This document shows positions 1-13,131 of a stretch of 64,000 nt of DNA, piece by piece. The stretch covers positions 180,606,001 through 180,670,000 of the forward strand of contig OZ024741.1 of the NCBI GenBank assembly GCA_964016885.1, given 5' to 3'. Position numbers and translations under genes: made by a program. Position 1 is the stretch's first letter; each line of letters begins with the position of its first letter. The notes under the pieces were generated by a model that searched no databases, had not been told where the DNA came from, and worked only from the letters and a program-made list of their open reading frames with translations. The stretch is from Eledone cirrhosa (Eukaryota).

Positions 1-244
1 ATCTTAGATACACACGATATCTGAATGAAAGACATAGTGTGTATCTAAGATGTTGTTGTTACAATTCACACCTGCATAGGTTTAGCTGGCCTCCTATATA
101 GTTGCACCACATGAAAACTTTTTTAGGTATATAATGCTAGGAGCTCTAAACCTATCACATTACCAAATGACAGGAAGCTGGATGTGAACTCAGAACACAT
201 AAAGCCAGAACAGATACCACAAGGTATCCAGTTCAATATGCAAT

Positions 245-490
245 AACAACAAGCATTTTATGTCTATTTTCCCTGCTAAGCCAGGGGTTAGCCTTGTGTG
301 TAGTGGTGGTATGACATGTTTCTGTATTTTTTTCCCATCATCTACATCCTCCTTCACGATCCTTCAGGCTTTTATTTTCCCCTTTGTTATCTACAGCTAT
401 GTCTTCCTTGGTCTTTACTTTCTTTTACTACCTTCTGCATTCATTTTGAACACTCTTTTGTAATTCATTTTTTGTCTTTCTCTCTTACAA
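245..490 (-). mobile_element. Degraded RTE LINE 3' end
   Basis: Minus strand has decayed 'RPRKT' coding (agaccaaggaagaca) and RTE-type terminus 'agcagggaaaatagacataaaatg' followed by a (TTG)-like tail, matching other RTE ends in the window. Confidence 0.55.
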
Positions 491-644
491 CATCTTATCC
501 ATTGCTCTAACAATGCTGCCAATGCACCACTCTTGAGTGATACTTATTTAGCAGGATAAGAAATTGGAAGACTGTTAGTGGACATACATAGTATAATATC
601 ACATCTCTGATTCTATCAGTCACCACCTTTCAATGTAGATTAAT

Positions 645-945
645 AATGATTTCTACTATAGGTACAAGGCCAGAAATTTGGGGAGAGGGGTAAGTCGATT
701 AAATCGACCCTAGTGCATTACTGGTGCTTTATTTTACTGACTCCGTAAGGATGATCTCTAATTTAGCTACAGGGTAATTTGGGAGAGGGAAAAGTTGATA
801 AAACGTGATGCAGTACATTACTGGTACTTTATTTTATTGACCCCAGAAGGATATAAAGCAAAGTTAACCTTGGAGGGATTTGAACTCAGAACAAATACTG
901 CTAAGCATTTGTCTGATGCTCTAACAACTCTGTCAAACCACTGTT
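645..945 (-). mobile_element. Two old tRNA-SINE copies (partial + near full)
   Basis: Reverse complement of 'ctgagttcaaatcc...aactttgc..tt.atcct...aataaagtaccagtaatg' family motif seen twice. Confidence 0.75.
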
Positions 946-1619
946 CTAATGTTGATCAATAATAATGGCACAGATCTATATTTACATAATATAAAGTTAG
1001 TTTTTATATTCATTCAGGTCATTATCTAGGGAATGTAGGTTCATTCTTAATTCTTGGCAGTAAGTTGTGTTGTTTTTGTTTTTCTTCTAACAGTATATCC
1101 TGTTTGTTTAAGCAACTATTCTCTTTCAACACACTCACATAAACATAGCTACATAGAAGCACAGAGGCACACACATAGACTCACATGCACACACACACAC
1201 ACACACACACAGTCACACAGATGTTTCTTTGAGAGTAATGGAAAGAATCCATTTTTGGCCAGTTCCCTGAGATATATTTGCTTTTAATCAAATTGTCAAT
1301 CACCAGGGAAGCACTCTTTAGTACTCCATTCCTGTTTGTCTTTTTTCACAGAAACAAGAAGCTAAGACTCCTCCTCAGAGTTCTTGACACATCTTTCATC
1401 GCAAATATACTACCTCTCTACACAGACACACACAAAAAAGACTGCTGTGTTTTAATCTAATTAACTATATAGGTTATCTTTTTTGAAATTTTGTTTTTGT
1501 CTACTTAACCTTCATATCCAAATGATAATCATAAGGATTTACTGTGAATGATTGTAGGTGTATTTGTACAAGAGAGAGAGAGAGAGAGGGAGAGAGAATG
1601 TGTGTGTGTAACATAGTAG

Positions 1620-2090
1620 CTTAAAATAATATCTAGGTGAAAAATGGAGGGATTCTCTCTCTGAGTGAAAGGTACATTGTATGATGCTTATGTATTTACA
1701 CAGAGCAATGTTGAATGGTAGTGAGACATGGACATTGAATGCAGACGATGTATGAGGGCTAGAAAGAAATGAATCAAGTATGTTCCATTTGATATGTAAT
1801 AATGATGAAGCACAAATGAGTTGAAAACTGAGTATAAGAGGAATTGGATGTGTGCAAAAGAGAAGGTTGTACTGGGACAGACATGTGAGGTAAATCAATG
1901 ATGGCAGTTGTGTAAAAATGTACCAAAAGTTTCATGTAGAAGAAAGCTGTGGAAGATGAAAAGTAAGAAAACATAGACTGAATTGGTGAAAATTAATCTC
2001 AGGGTGCTTAAGCTCACAAAGGAGGTGACAAAGGAACACAAGTAGCAAGAAACTGTTTTGGAAAAATGGATGTAAAATTGATGATGCATT
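1620..2090 (+). mobile_element. Degraded RTE LINE 3' fragment
   Basis: Decayed 'LYDA...AMLNGSETW...LERNE' coding, ends 'gaaaaatggatgtaaaattgatgatg'. Confidence 0.8.
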
Positions 2091-2112
2091 CTTTCTTTTA
2101 TTTTACTGGTTT

Positions 2113-2511
2113 AGGGCAGTGGATTGGCAGAATTGTTAGGGCATCGGATGAAGTAGTTTGTGATATTTCTTCTGGTTCTTTACATTCTGAGTTCAAAACT
2201 TACTGAAATCAGCTTTGCATTTCATCAATGAGATCAATGAAATAAAAAAACCAGTCAAGTACTGAGGTTGATATTATCATCCTTCTCCTTGATAGCTGCC
2301 CTTGCGCTAAAATTAGAAATCATTATGAATTGGCAGTATCGGTAGAGAGTTGGACGCCATGCTTTGACGCATAGAATTACTGCCCTTGCCATTCTGAGTT
2401 CAAATCCCGCCGAGGTTAACTTTGCCTTTCATCCTTACGGGGTCGATAAAATAAAGTACCAGTAATGTACTGGGTAATTGCTGGCCTTGTGCCAAAAGTA
2501 GAAACAATTAT
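2113..2511 (+). mobile_element. Old SINE followed by young SINE of the same family, flanked together by a 15-bp TSD
   Basis: A-box tggcag(a/t)at.g, B-box gagttcaaa, 'gcctttcatccttacggggtcgataaaataaagtacc' domain; 'ttattttactggttt' at ~2098 and ~2508. Confidence 0.85.
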
Positions 2512-5436
2512 TTTACTGGTTTCAATCATCAGACTGCATCCATACCAGGGCACTGCCATGAAAGCTTTAGTCAATCATTTCAATCCAGTACTTTTTTTTC
2601 ATTTTGTTGATTTCTTTTCGTCAAATCACTAGGCTATATGACATAAACAAAGATATGGACAAACATACAGGCATATACACATGCTGGGCTTCTGCACAAT
2701 TTTCATTTTTCACAAGGTGCCTCACAGTGAGATTGAATCCTCAAACCAAAATAAACTCCATAACAACACAGCCTTGCTTGCACATATATTATGTGTAAAA
2801 TACACACACACCTATATATAAACATTTGAGCTAATCATTGTAAGTATTTATGAATGAATGTTATTATGGGAGGTTATAGCTTGATATTACTGTATACTTT
2901 AGTTTTGGGGACCACTTGTCTAGAGACAGAGTCAGGAGCAGATAATTGTGTAGAGAGTGCTGTGGATTGTTTTTGTCCTGGTTTGTTGTTGTTAGTGGAA
3001 GTAGTTGAGGCATCAAGTTTCATCAAATGTTTCTGTTGTTCTACTTCCTCTCAGCTTCCTTGTCTGAAAAGATGCTTGTTTATTTATAGTTTCAGGTAGC
3101 TGTGGCCTCAGCCTGCCAGAAATTTCTGGATTCCAGATTAAATGTCTTATGAATATTTAGTATTCACTCCTTTGTCATTTGTTATGTCTAAATCTTACCT
3201 GGATTTATACTCCTTGCAAAATGAGTAAAATCACACACACACATGTACACACAAACACACACCACTTTATATATCTATAGTTATATCTGCATACATACAG
3301 AGTGGGTAACTGAGACTATATCAATGTGTATATAAATATGCACATATTTAATATGTAGGTATGTAAACATGCCAGAAAATATGAATTTCTTAACATATAT
3401 ATATATATATATAGACACACACACACATTATATATACACACAAATATATATATACATATATGTATATACACATATATATATAAATCAGAATAGGGGACAC
3501 ACGTGACAAAGACAACCGGAAAATATGACATATCCTTTCTCATCAGCCAACTACTGGAGATTACAATGGTTTCAATGCTTTAAGGTTAGTACTATTCCTT
3601 GCAGCACACACGGGATTGCAATGGGACAAAATACTGTAGCATATGACAGAATGTGTTTTTTCGACTAATTAAAAGGGAAATAGTGTACTACTAACTAGAG
3701 TGCTTCTAACTGAAAACAAAAAGGGATGAAAAGAAGTAGTGTGCAAAACAACTTAGTCGACAGGAAAAGAGGAAAAAAAAATTAATCCAAGACAGCATCA
3801 TGAAGTGGATAGTGAGGATGTTAGCAGCAGAATGAAGTAGAGTAACATGTAGCTGGCGTGAGATCAAGACAGTAAAGGAGGAGGAATAGATAGAAAGTGA
3901 CATGAGAAAGGAGACAAGAGATGGAGATAGAGGAAGAAAAAGAGAGGAAGAGAAAAAGAAAAAATGGTTGCAAGTGGTCTATAGTTTATTTTTAGATTGC
4001 TGTCATGGGCCTGCATCGTTAAGACAATGTTAAATATAAACAAAATAAGGACACATATAACAAGGACATATCCCTACTCATCAGCCACCTACCAAGGAAC
4101 ACTTTTATTTTAACCAATTTTTAAAACTCTATCCCAACACTGTTACTCCCCTCTCCCCAGATTGCTATATTGTGGGGATAATAGTTGAAAGAGTGAAATG
4201 TTTATACTCAGAGAAGTATGAATACCCAATAATTTGTGCATATTATGTTTTTAACATGGCACTTCAAATTTTGAACTTAGCTCATAGACTATATTATCTT
4301 TGACAGTATTATCTTTGAAAATCCCTAAGGGTTTACAAATGCCCAGAGATCTATGGATCCCTGCTACAATTACCTACTTTCCAGATTGTTATCCAGTAAA
4401 GTAGTCATGTAGGCATTACAACAAAAAGCACCCAGTATTTATTGTAAATGAGGTTGGCACTAGGAAGGGCATCTAGTTGTAGAAATCAAGCCAAAATCGG
4501 TTCTGTATGAGCATGACATGGTCACCTGACCTAGCATTGCTCACAACAAGATAACTTGTCTAACCCATGCCAGCATAGAAAAATGGACGTGATAATGATG
4601 ATGATGATGATGTTGATGATAATAACAACCAAAAGAGGGAAATTTTTATACTTAAAGAAGCAGGAATACTCGATAATGTGTGCATGTTTTTAACAAAGTA
4701 CTGCAAAATTTTTACTTAGGTGGTGGACCTCCAGTAATATGTTTGTAAACTCATAAGGATTCGTAAGCCTTCAGTACTATCTTTGTGAACTCTCAAGGTT
4801 TGAGGAACCCCAGTACTGCCTTAGAGGATCCCAATTTGGGAATTACTGATCCAATAGTTGAAGACATTTCAAAACATAATTTAGATGACATAGTTTTTTT
4901 TTTCATGTAATTTTCTTAGACATTTTCAGAAATTTCATATGCAAACATGTAGAGTAGTGATAGAGTGTAGGATAGTGAGTAACTCTTTAGTCTTGTGAGA
5001 TTCAAGACAAATTCACTAGTGCTGGTACCATGATATACAAGATACCCAGTAAACTCTTGTAAAGTGGTAGTGATCAAACAAAGACAATCTAGGTCTGTGG
5101 TGGCCCTTTAGTCCTGCTGACGATCTGACAACCCCTCTAGTGCTGGTGCCACAAATAAAATGCACTCAATATATTCTGGAAAGTAGTTGGTATAAGGATG
5201 GGCATCCATGCCAAAAGTTCAATGAACTAGATGTGTGTGTGTTTAGGGGGTTTTCTGACCTCTCTTACATCAAACCCTGACAAGCAATCCAACCTCTTAT
5301 GGAAAGTGGATGTAAAATGTTGATGATGATCCATAAAACAGAAATAAAAAATTTACTTAAATCATCTCTACTTTTATTTTTAATAAATTACTTCCTATAT
5401 GTTGAAAAGTAAAGGCAGATGTACACATGCATGCAT

Positions 5437-5483
<47 letters not shown>

Positions 5484-5522
5484 ACACCACACCACACCAC
5501 ACACCACACACCACACACCACA

Positions 5523-5562
<40 letters not shown>

Positions 5563-5630
5563 TCACTCACACACATTCACTCACACACATTCACTCACAC
5601 ACATTCACTCACACACATTCACTCACACAT
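5437..5630. repeat. (CA)n / (CACCA)n / (CATTCACTCACA)n microsatellite
   Basis: Direct inspection. Confidence 0.95.
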
Positions 5631-5936
5631 ATATACATACTGACAAACAGAGGAATATATGAATACATGCAGATGTATTTCTGTTGACTATGTCTGTCTG
5701 AATCAATAGGTCCACCAGACAAAACAAACCAGTCAATTTTATCTAAGATTTCCTTTATAAATTTAGTTTTGGTGAAACTCAAACAAACACTACATACCAA
5801 CATATCTATTAATGAACATTTACTTATGCAAAATGAACGCATGTTTTTATTAAGCTGCCTTTTTTTTCTAAAAAATAGTTTTTCATCTTATCAATTTCAC
5901 ATCATTGCTGGTTTATTTACTTTAAAAAGACAACAT

Positions 5937-6150
5937 TTAACCCTTCTGATAGCTGAAACTACCATTGGTTCTATGATACAACTTTATTTATTTTAAAGTG
6001 TTTATGTTTATCTAAAAGTCTTCCATCATGATTTTATGTCAGAACATTTATTAAGAAATATTCCAAATACCTTCTTGATTATGACAAAGTTGTTATATTA
6101 CTAAAATTCCAAATTCTTTTCAAGATGATTTAAGAATTATAAGAGTTGAT
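5937..6150. mobile_element. TTAA-type MITE family 2 (degraded)
   Basis: Starts ttaa-cccttctgata; shares 'ctgaaact.cc...atgatacaa...cttccatcat.attttat' with 9945-10166 and (reverse) 57710-57925. Confidence 0.55.
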
Positions 6151-6189
6151 GATGAAGTCTAAAGTCTGTTATGCTAATGAAGTCTAAAG

Positions 6190-6442
6190 TGTGAAGGCTT
6201 GTTAGGCCGGTGGTTAAGACAGAAGCAACTGAGAGTACAAGACTCCTGGACAGGACGCCAGTCCATCGCAGAGTTAAACCCCCAGCTATTGCTAGTACTC
6301 ATTTTCAGCTGAGTATACTCGAGCAATGTGAAATAAAGTGTTTTGCTCAAGAACACAACATGCAATCCAGCCCAGGAATTGAACACATGACAGTATGATA
6401 GTAAATGCAACACCCTTACCACTAGGGTACGCACGTGCCTCC
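6190..6442 (-). mobile_element. tRNA-CORE SINE with V-domain-like segment
   Basis: tRNA head, CORE-like 'ttgagcaaaacactttatttcacattgctc', then 'gatggactggcgtcctgtccagg'. Confidence 0.75.
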
Positions 6443-6484
6443 ACAAGAATTCTAAGGAAAAATTTAATATAATGTTAATAATAT

Positions 6485-6700
6485 TGATTTCTAATTTAGG
6501 CAGGAAGCCAGCAAATTTGGGGAAGGACCAAGTTGATTATGTTACCCCCAGCACTTGACTGGTACTTTATTTTATCAACTTTGGAAGGATGAAAGGCAAA
6601 GTTGACCTTGGCGTGATTTAAACCCAGAATGTAAGAAGCCAGAACAAATACTGCAATGGCATTTTATTCGATGTTCTACCAATTTTACCAATCTACTATC
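6485..6700 (-). mobile_element. Old tRNA-SINE copy
   Basis: Reverse complement of 'caactttgcctttcatcctt...gataaaataaagtaccagtcaag'. Confidence 0.8.
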
Positions 6701-6719
6701 TTTATAAGCTTAATAATAT

Positions 6720-6980
6720 TGAGCTGTGAAATATGTGTTGATAGTTCCATAGCAGTTAAATACTCAGGGCATCCTTATCTAAGTTTATTCTTCAAAGTTT
6801 TACTGTAAACGAAACTTAATGTTAAAGGTGTTGGAGGTGTTGTTATTAATGTCTGTTTTTATGACCTTAAGATATTGGAAGTGAGAGTGATAGGATGGTA
6901 GTTGGTGGGATCAGTGGAGCTGCTCTTCTTGGGAATGGACACATTGTAGTGGGTTTCCAAAGGTTGGGATTTATCCCTGT
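6720..6980 (-). pseudogene. CR1/L2/Jockey-type RT remnant
   Basis: Minus strand encodes 'PNLWK...VSIPKKSSSTDPTNYHPITLTS', a decayed 'WK.A.V.PIPKK...NYRPISLTS' RT motif. Confidence 0.7.
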
Positions 6981-7262
6981 TGAGAGAGAGAGAGGAAAGT
7001 GTGAGAGAGAAAGTGTGTGTGAGAGAGAGAGGGAGAGTGTGAGAGAGAAAGTGTGTGTGAGAGAGAGGGGGAGAATGTGAGAGAGAAAATGTGTGAGAGA
7101 GGGAGAGTGTGAGAGAGAAAGTGTGTGTGAGAGAGGGGGAGTGTGAGAGGGAAAGTGTGTGTGAGAGAGGGAGAGTGTGAGAGAGAGGGGGAGAATGTGA
7201 GAGTGAAAGTGTGTGAGAGAGAGAGAGTGAGAGAGAAAGTGTGTGAGAGAGAGAGAGAGACT
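6981..7262. repeat. (GA)n/(GT)n compound repeat
   Basis: Direct inspection. Confidence 0.95.
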
Positions 7263-7765
7263 GAAGTGCATGTGGACTTAGAAGTATGTAGACATAGAGA
7301 CACTGTCTGGAAAAAAAGACAAAAAAGGTTATGGTTGGAACTCTTTAGATCATGATGCAACTTAGTCTGCGGCTGAACAACAATAACAACAGCAACAGTA
7401 TCAGGTTACAAAGAGGTGCTCCAGTACAACTGACACTGTCATTGATTTTCTATAGGCTGTTGGATATTTTATAACATTATCTCAAGTAAAACCTCTGAAA
7501 TATTATATCTATATAGATATGTTGAATGGTACAACAATTTCACTGCTTTCATTTCCAATTCAGTAATTATTGAAATAATAATGGAATTATTTAAAAAGCA
7601 GAGTGTCTTAGCCTTCCATCTTCATATTTCTAGTTTGTTAGACTTCCCTATTTTTTCTTTTTGTATCAGACTGTTGCCAATGATAATTATATTATAAGCA
7701 ATCAATTAATCAATAATATTGCCTTCATACTGATTGGAAATCAATGTAAATTCTTTAATCTTTTA

Positions 7766-8990
7766 TCATCATCATCATCATCATCATCAACGTTTAACGT
7801 CCGTGTTCCACGCTTGCATGGGTTTAGACGGGGGTTTTCCCACTTGAGGCAAGAGTGATTGTCTTGCTCGCATAGGACTGTCTGGCAGGTTTTCTACAGT
7901 TGGATGCCCTTCCTAACACCAACCACATTTACAGTGTGGGTCTGGGAGGTTTTTACCGTGTTGCCTACACGGCCACATTACAGCGTGGACTGTGTGTTTT
8001 TTTTGTCGTGACACCTACACGATCTCATTTGTTTCGGCATGGATGGTGTGGCACCAACATAACTTTACATAGAAGGGGGCGGTGTGGATGGGGTGGGGGT
8101 GGTGGGACGGGGGTGTATTTTGTTAGAGATGCCTACTGACTGTAGTAGGTTTTACTTTGTATTTAGGTAAGGCGGGTCTTCTCTATTACTGAGTACCGCC
8201 AAAGGTCTCGGTCCAGTGACATTGTCTTGGTGAGGTGTAAGTGTGTGAGGTCGGAGTTTATCAGCTCGTCCCAGGTTTTTCTGGGTCTGCCTATTCCGTG
8301 GCTACCGTCTATCTTTATTGCCCTGCACTTTGTTATACAGCTATCGTCCTTCATGCGCATCACGTGACCATACCAACGTAGCCTTCTCTCTAGTAAACAA
8401 CATCTGATCCCTCTTATTTCTAATTTTTTCCTTAGTTCGTTTATGCTTTGTCGTTCACGTATATTACTATTACACATCCAGCGGAGCATGCAAGCTTCGT
8501 TTCTCTCTAGTCTGCGTATATCCTCTGCACACAATGCCCAGGTCTCACTGCCATGCAACATTGCTGTTCGTATGCAGGCATCGTACAGCCTGCCTTTCAT
8601 TTTTAGGGAGAACCCTTTAGCGGCTAATAGTGGTATAAGCTCTCTGAACTTTTTCCACCCAGTTCTGACTCTAGCTACTGTACTTTCAGAGCACCCTCCC
8701 CCACTGCTGATTTTGTCACCCAGGTAACGGAAGCTGTCCACTATTTCTATAGAACCCTCTGCGCAGTTGAAAGAGCTAGTATTTTGTGGGCACTTGCTGC
8801 TACTTATTGCCCCAGAACACCGGCCACATGTAAAATCTATGTTCTTAGTTAGCTTACCTGTGATCCCACTACATCTTTTATGCACCCAAACTTTGCATTT
8901 GGGACACAAAATGGAATTTCTACCTACGCCTTTCCTACACTCTGCGCATGGCCACTTCCCGGAGGGGACCGCCGCCTTATTTCTAGTTTG
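7766..8990 (-). mobile_element. 5'-truncated RTE LINE (family C), open ORF2 C-terminus 8163-8990 including a PHD finger, ~390-bp 3'UTR, (GAT)n tail
   Basis: ORF: WPCAEC...CPKC..WVHKRC...[37 protein letters not shown]; (CAT)n at 7766-7788. Confidence 0.93.
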
Positions 8991-9007
8991 CAATAATATC
9001 TGTATGG

Positions 9008-9640
9008 TGAAGGTGCAGGGCTTTGTGGTTAGGGTATTCAGCTCACAATCATAAGGACACCAGTTTGATTCCCAGTGTGCATTGTGTCCTTGAGCAAGAC
9101 GCTTTATTACACAATCCTCCAGTCCACTCAGCTGGCAAAAATGAGTTGTACCTGAAGTTCAAAAGACCAGCCTTGTCACACACTGTGTCACACTGAATCT
9201 CCCTGAGAACTATGTAAAGGGTATGCATGTCTGTGGAATGCTCAGCCACTTGGAAGTTAATTTCATGAGCAGGTTGTTCCGTTGATTGGATCAACTGGAA
9301 CACTCGCCGTCATAATTGATGGAGTGCCTCCAATATCTGTATGTGAAGGTGTGTGGTTTAGTGGTTATGGTGTTCTGCTCATGATTATAAGGTTGTGAGT
9401 TCAATTTCCTGTGGTTCATTGTGTTCTTGAGCTAGACACTCTGCTGAAAAAAAAAATGAGTTGTATTTATAATACATAGGATCAGCCTTGTCACATATAC
9501 TCTGTTATCCCTCTGAGATCTATGTTAAAGGTACATATGCCTGTAGTATTCTCAGCCACTTGTTAATTACACATGCAGACTACACTTGATTGAACAACTG
9601 AAACAATTGTTGGAACTGACGGCGGTCCAACAACAACATC
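9008..9640 (+). mobile_element. Two tandem tRNA-CORE SINEs (family 3)
   Basis: Heads 'gaaggtg...gtggtta', CORE 'ttgagcaagac', shared 'ctccctgagaactatg..ctcagccacttg..ttaatt' body; 'aatatctgtatg' duplicated at ~8995 and ~9332. Confidence 0.85.
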
Positions 9641-9697
9641 TGTAATATTACCTCTTTGCCAAGAATAAACAAAACAAAGAAAATGGACAAAATTTAA

Positions 9698-9876
9698 CCC
9701 ATTAGCATTTAAACTGGCCATATCTGGCCAGAATTATCTTACCTCTTTCTGTTCAAACCAGCTGTAACCAGCCACTCATACTGATGTTAGGGTATTGTTT
9801 TCAAAATAAATAATATCAAACCCTCATAGATTTGAAAATAAAATAGTAAATATAGAGTAATGTAAATGCCAAATGG
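9698..9876. mobile_element. piggyBac-type MITE family 1
   Basis: TTAA both sides (9694-97, 9877-80); imperfect TIR cccattagcattta / taaatgccaaatgg. Confidence 0.8.
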
Positions 9877-9944
9877 TTAACTGAGAAGATCAGAATTCGT
9901 TTGACACAAGCTGGTATTTTTAGTTTGTGTTTGATCTAACTCCT

Positions 9945-10166
9945 TTTAAATCCTTTTGATATCTGAAACTGCCCTGGAGTTATGATACAAAACTGCTCAT
10001 TTTAAAATGTTTAACCTTCCATCATAATTTTATTTAAGAAAGTTTTATTTAGTAATGTTCTAAATATCACCTTATTAAATTTCCCCAAATATTTGATTAT
10101 TTTCAAAATTAATTGACAACACATAGGTAGTGTCTTTCATTAGAAATATGGTAGTGAACGGGTTAA
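9945..10166. mobile_element. TTAA-type MITE family 2
   Basis: Ends 'gtagtgaacggg-ttaa'; homologous to 5937-6150 and 57710-57925. Confidence 0.6.
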
Positions 10167-10576
10167 AATACTTTTCCATTTTCTTTGTATCTTTGTTTTT
10201 TATTATGACTGTGATGATGAATAAATGAATAAACTTGATCAGCTTTGATAAAGCGGGACTTAATTCGAGCTCGAGAAAAATCAAGCATGAATAAATGATG
10301 CATGATACATGAGTTAGGAGACAGGCAAGTTGGGATGGATATGTCATAAATAGATCATTACAACAGATATTGCTATAAACTAGTCCTTATAGATTTATCT
10401 CAATCCACAGCAAATCATTAGGATTACTGTGTGAAGACAAATTCATTGACAGTTTGAGCACCAGAAAGAACGGAATAAAAAAAACAAAACAAAAAAAATG
10501 CAACAATCCAATAAACATAAAACTGGTTTATTGGAAAGGAATTGCTATTATTATCACCAACAACAACTACAAGATG

Positions 10577-11000
10577 AGGGATTGGCAGAATTGTTAGTGT
10601 AGTGGCTAAAATGCTCCATGATATTTACATTTTGAGTTTAATCCATTAGCATTTAAATCAACCATATCTGGTCAGAATTCTCTCACCTCTTTCTGTTCAT
10701 ACTGGCTGTAACCAGCTATTCATAATTATGTTAAGGTATTGTTCTAAAAATAAATACTATCAAAATCTCGTATTCAATATTATGTGGGATAATTATGTGA
10801 GGTAAAGCCTTTACTGTGAAAATACAATTGTAAATATAGAGTAATGTAAATGCTAAAGGGTTAAATCCTGCTGAAGTCAACTTTGCCTTTCATTCTTCCC
10901 AGGTTAAAAAAATAAAGTACCAGTCAAGTTCCAGAGTCAATTTAATCGACTTTCCCCTTATTTCAAATTACTGGCCTTGTTCTTAAATTATTATTATTTT
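10577..11000 (+). mobile_element. Old SINE interrupted in its B-box by a MITE-1 (10642-10860)
   Basis: 'tttgagt-ttaa-[MITE]-ttaa-atcctgctgaagtcaactttgcc'; TTAA duplicated at 10638-41 and 10861-64. Confidence 0.85.
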
Positions 11001-11496
11001 ACTAGACTTATTTATGTTTACTTCTTGCAGTGTGTATCAAATTTAAAATAAGTGCCCCATATACCTATGAGTTATAAACGACAGCTAAAAGAATTATTGT
11101 CAGAAAAGGCATTTAACCATAAAAAATTGCCTCAAAAACGACTCCATGATACGTATGAAATCTACCATGGGATTCACAAGGCTAGCAAAATGGCCTCCAA
11201 GCACAAGTTGTCTGCTATTTTATTTTATTCCATGCTTTCATGGTACAAAAGCTGTGTACCATGGGTATATTCAATGTTTTGTCTTGCTTTTTGAATTTTC
11301 TATTGTATTGAAAGTACTCTACATAATATGCGTGCAGTATCAAGTAGTGTTATTTTCTGTATGTTGTTTAAGTGCAAGGGTTTTGGCTGCATCGTCTAAA
11401 CTTTTTTGTTATATTTCTAATGAAAGACACTACCTATAATTCTCAGATAATTTTGAAAATAACCGCAATAATATATACATATAGATATATATTATA

Positions 11497-11588
11497 AAGA
11501 GTTGGGACCCCATACTCTACTACCCTAAGTATCGAGTACTCTGTTGAGTAATGGTGTAACCAGTTTCAAACTGAATCCATCCTGATTT
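11497..11588 (+). mobile_element. Short Penelope-like 3'-end insert in (TA)n
   Basis: Shares 'ctactaccctaagtat.gagtact' with the 27431-27623 insert; TA on both sides; tiny fold-back agagttgg/ccatactct. Confidence 0.5.
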
Positions 11589-12060
11589 ATATATATATAT
11601 ATATAAGTATGTTTTGAAACAGCGAGCGAGTTTGAAATTAGGAATAGAAGCTTTCGCAATATTTTTTGCCTAAAGAAATTTTAGCCTTATAGTGGGGTTT
11701 AGAACCCTCTAAGAAATGGAAAAAGATGAGTATTGATGTACATGGGAGTCGAACCTACATCTTTGGTTATATATATATATATCTCCTTATAATATATAAC
11801 CAGCAATTTGTCTGTCTGTCTGTCCGACAGTGGAAACACGTGCGTGTGTGGTTGCTATCTCTCTCTCTCTCCAGCTATCCCTCTCTTTTAGTCTGTCTTT
11901 TTCTCTCACTCTCACTCTTTTTCTTTGTAACACACTAACATTCCTCCCCTCTATCGCTGTGACGAATGGGGAGATGGAGGAGGAGGAGAGAGTCACTTCG
12001 TCACTTTACCTCTGCCTTTCTTTCTCTCTCCTCTCACTCCCTCATTACGTACAGACATTA

Positions 12061-12252
12061 GGGCGGTGGATTGGCAGAATCTGTAGAGAGTCGGACACCA
12101 TGCTTCATAGCATGGAGTTACGCCCCTTTACGGTCTGAGTTCAAATACCGCCGAGGTTAACTTTGCCTTTCATCCTCACGGGGTCGATAAAATAAAGTAC
12201 CAGTAATGTACTGGGTAATTGCTGGCCTTGTGCCAAAAGTAGAAACAATTAT
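12061..12252 (+). mobile_element. Young tRNA-SINE (family 1)
   Basis: gggcggtggattggcag... B-box gagttcaaat, ends agtagaaacaattatt. Confidence 0.9.
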
Positions 12253-12371
12253 TAGAAACATTGCTTCATTTTTACATATCTAAGCATTAGTAAAATAACT
12301 AATAATTTCAAAAGTAATTTTTCAATTCCAATTGTTATGAACAGCAAAACATTAATAATCATTTTGTTCTA

Positions 12372-12548
12372 AGAAATATATATACATTTCTGTGTGTGTA
12401 ATATATATATATACACACACACAGAAATATATATACATTTCTGTGTGTGTAATATATATATATACACACAGAAATATATATACATTTCTGTGTGTGTAAT
12501 ATATATATATATACACACAGAAATATATATACATTTCTGTGTGTGTAT

Positions 12549-12584
<36 letters not shown>

Positions 12585-12610
12585 GAAATATATATACATT
12601 TCTGTGTGTG

Positions 12611-12649
<39 letters not shown>

Positions 12650-12655
12650 GAAATA
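12372..12655. repeat. Tandem array (~5 units) of a self-complementary unit acacacagaaat-atatatac-atttctgtgtgt separated by (TA)n
   Basis: Direct inspection. Confidence 0.9.
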
Positions 12656-12947
12656 TATGGGCATTTCTCTGTTTGTCTGTCTGTCTGTCCTTCCCTAAAA
12701 CTCAAATGTAGGTGCTACAGAAATATTACCTTCCCCTTCCTTTCTCCACTTTGGTACTACCAAGAGAAACACTGTTGCTATAGAAACATTACCTTCCCCT
12801 CTCCACTGACTTTGGTCACTGAGGCCGAGGGAATCGCTGGTTGCTATAGACACACCTTGCACAAGCCAGAAGTAACCAGTTCGAGGCGGTTCTGACTTGA
12901 CACCATGCCAAGGACCATTTGAAGATATATTTCCATCGTTATATCAT

Positions 12948-13131
12948 AATTGTTTCTACTTTAGGCACAAGGCCAGCAATTATCCAGTACATTACTGGTA
13001 CTTTATTTTATCGACCCCGTAAGGATGAAAGGCAAAGTCAACCTCGGCGGGATTTGAACTCAGATCGTAAAAGGACGTAACTATGCTGGAAAGCATGGCG
13101 TCCGACCCTCTACCGATACTGCCAATCCACC
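12948..13131 (-). mobile_element. Young tRNA-SINE (family 1)
   Basis: Reverse complement of full family-1 consensus. Confidence 0.9.

Noticed and set aside
2886-3065. Possible minus-strand exon (EEVEQQKHLMKLDAS...)
   Set aside because: Stops follow the nearest acceptor in all three frames; no recognisable domain
12061-12160. tRNA genes
   Set aside because: A/B boxes belong to multi-copy SINE heads without a proper cloverleaf or terminator
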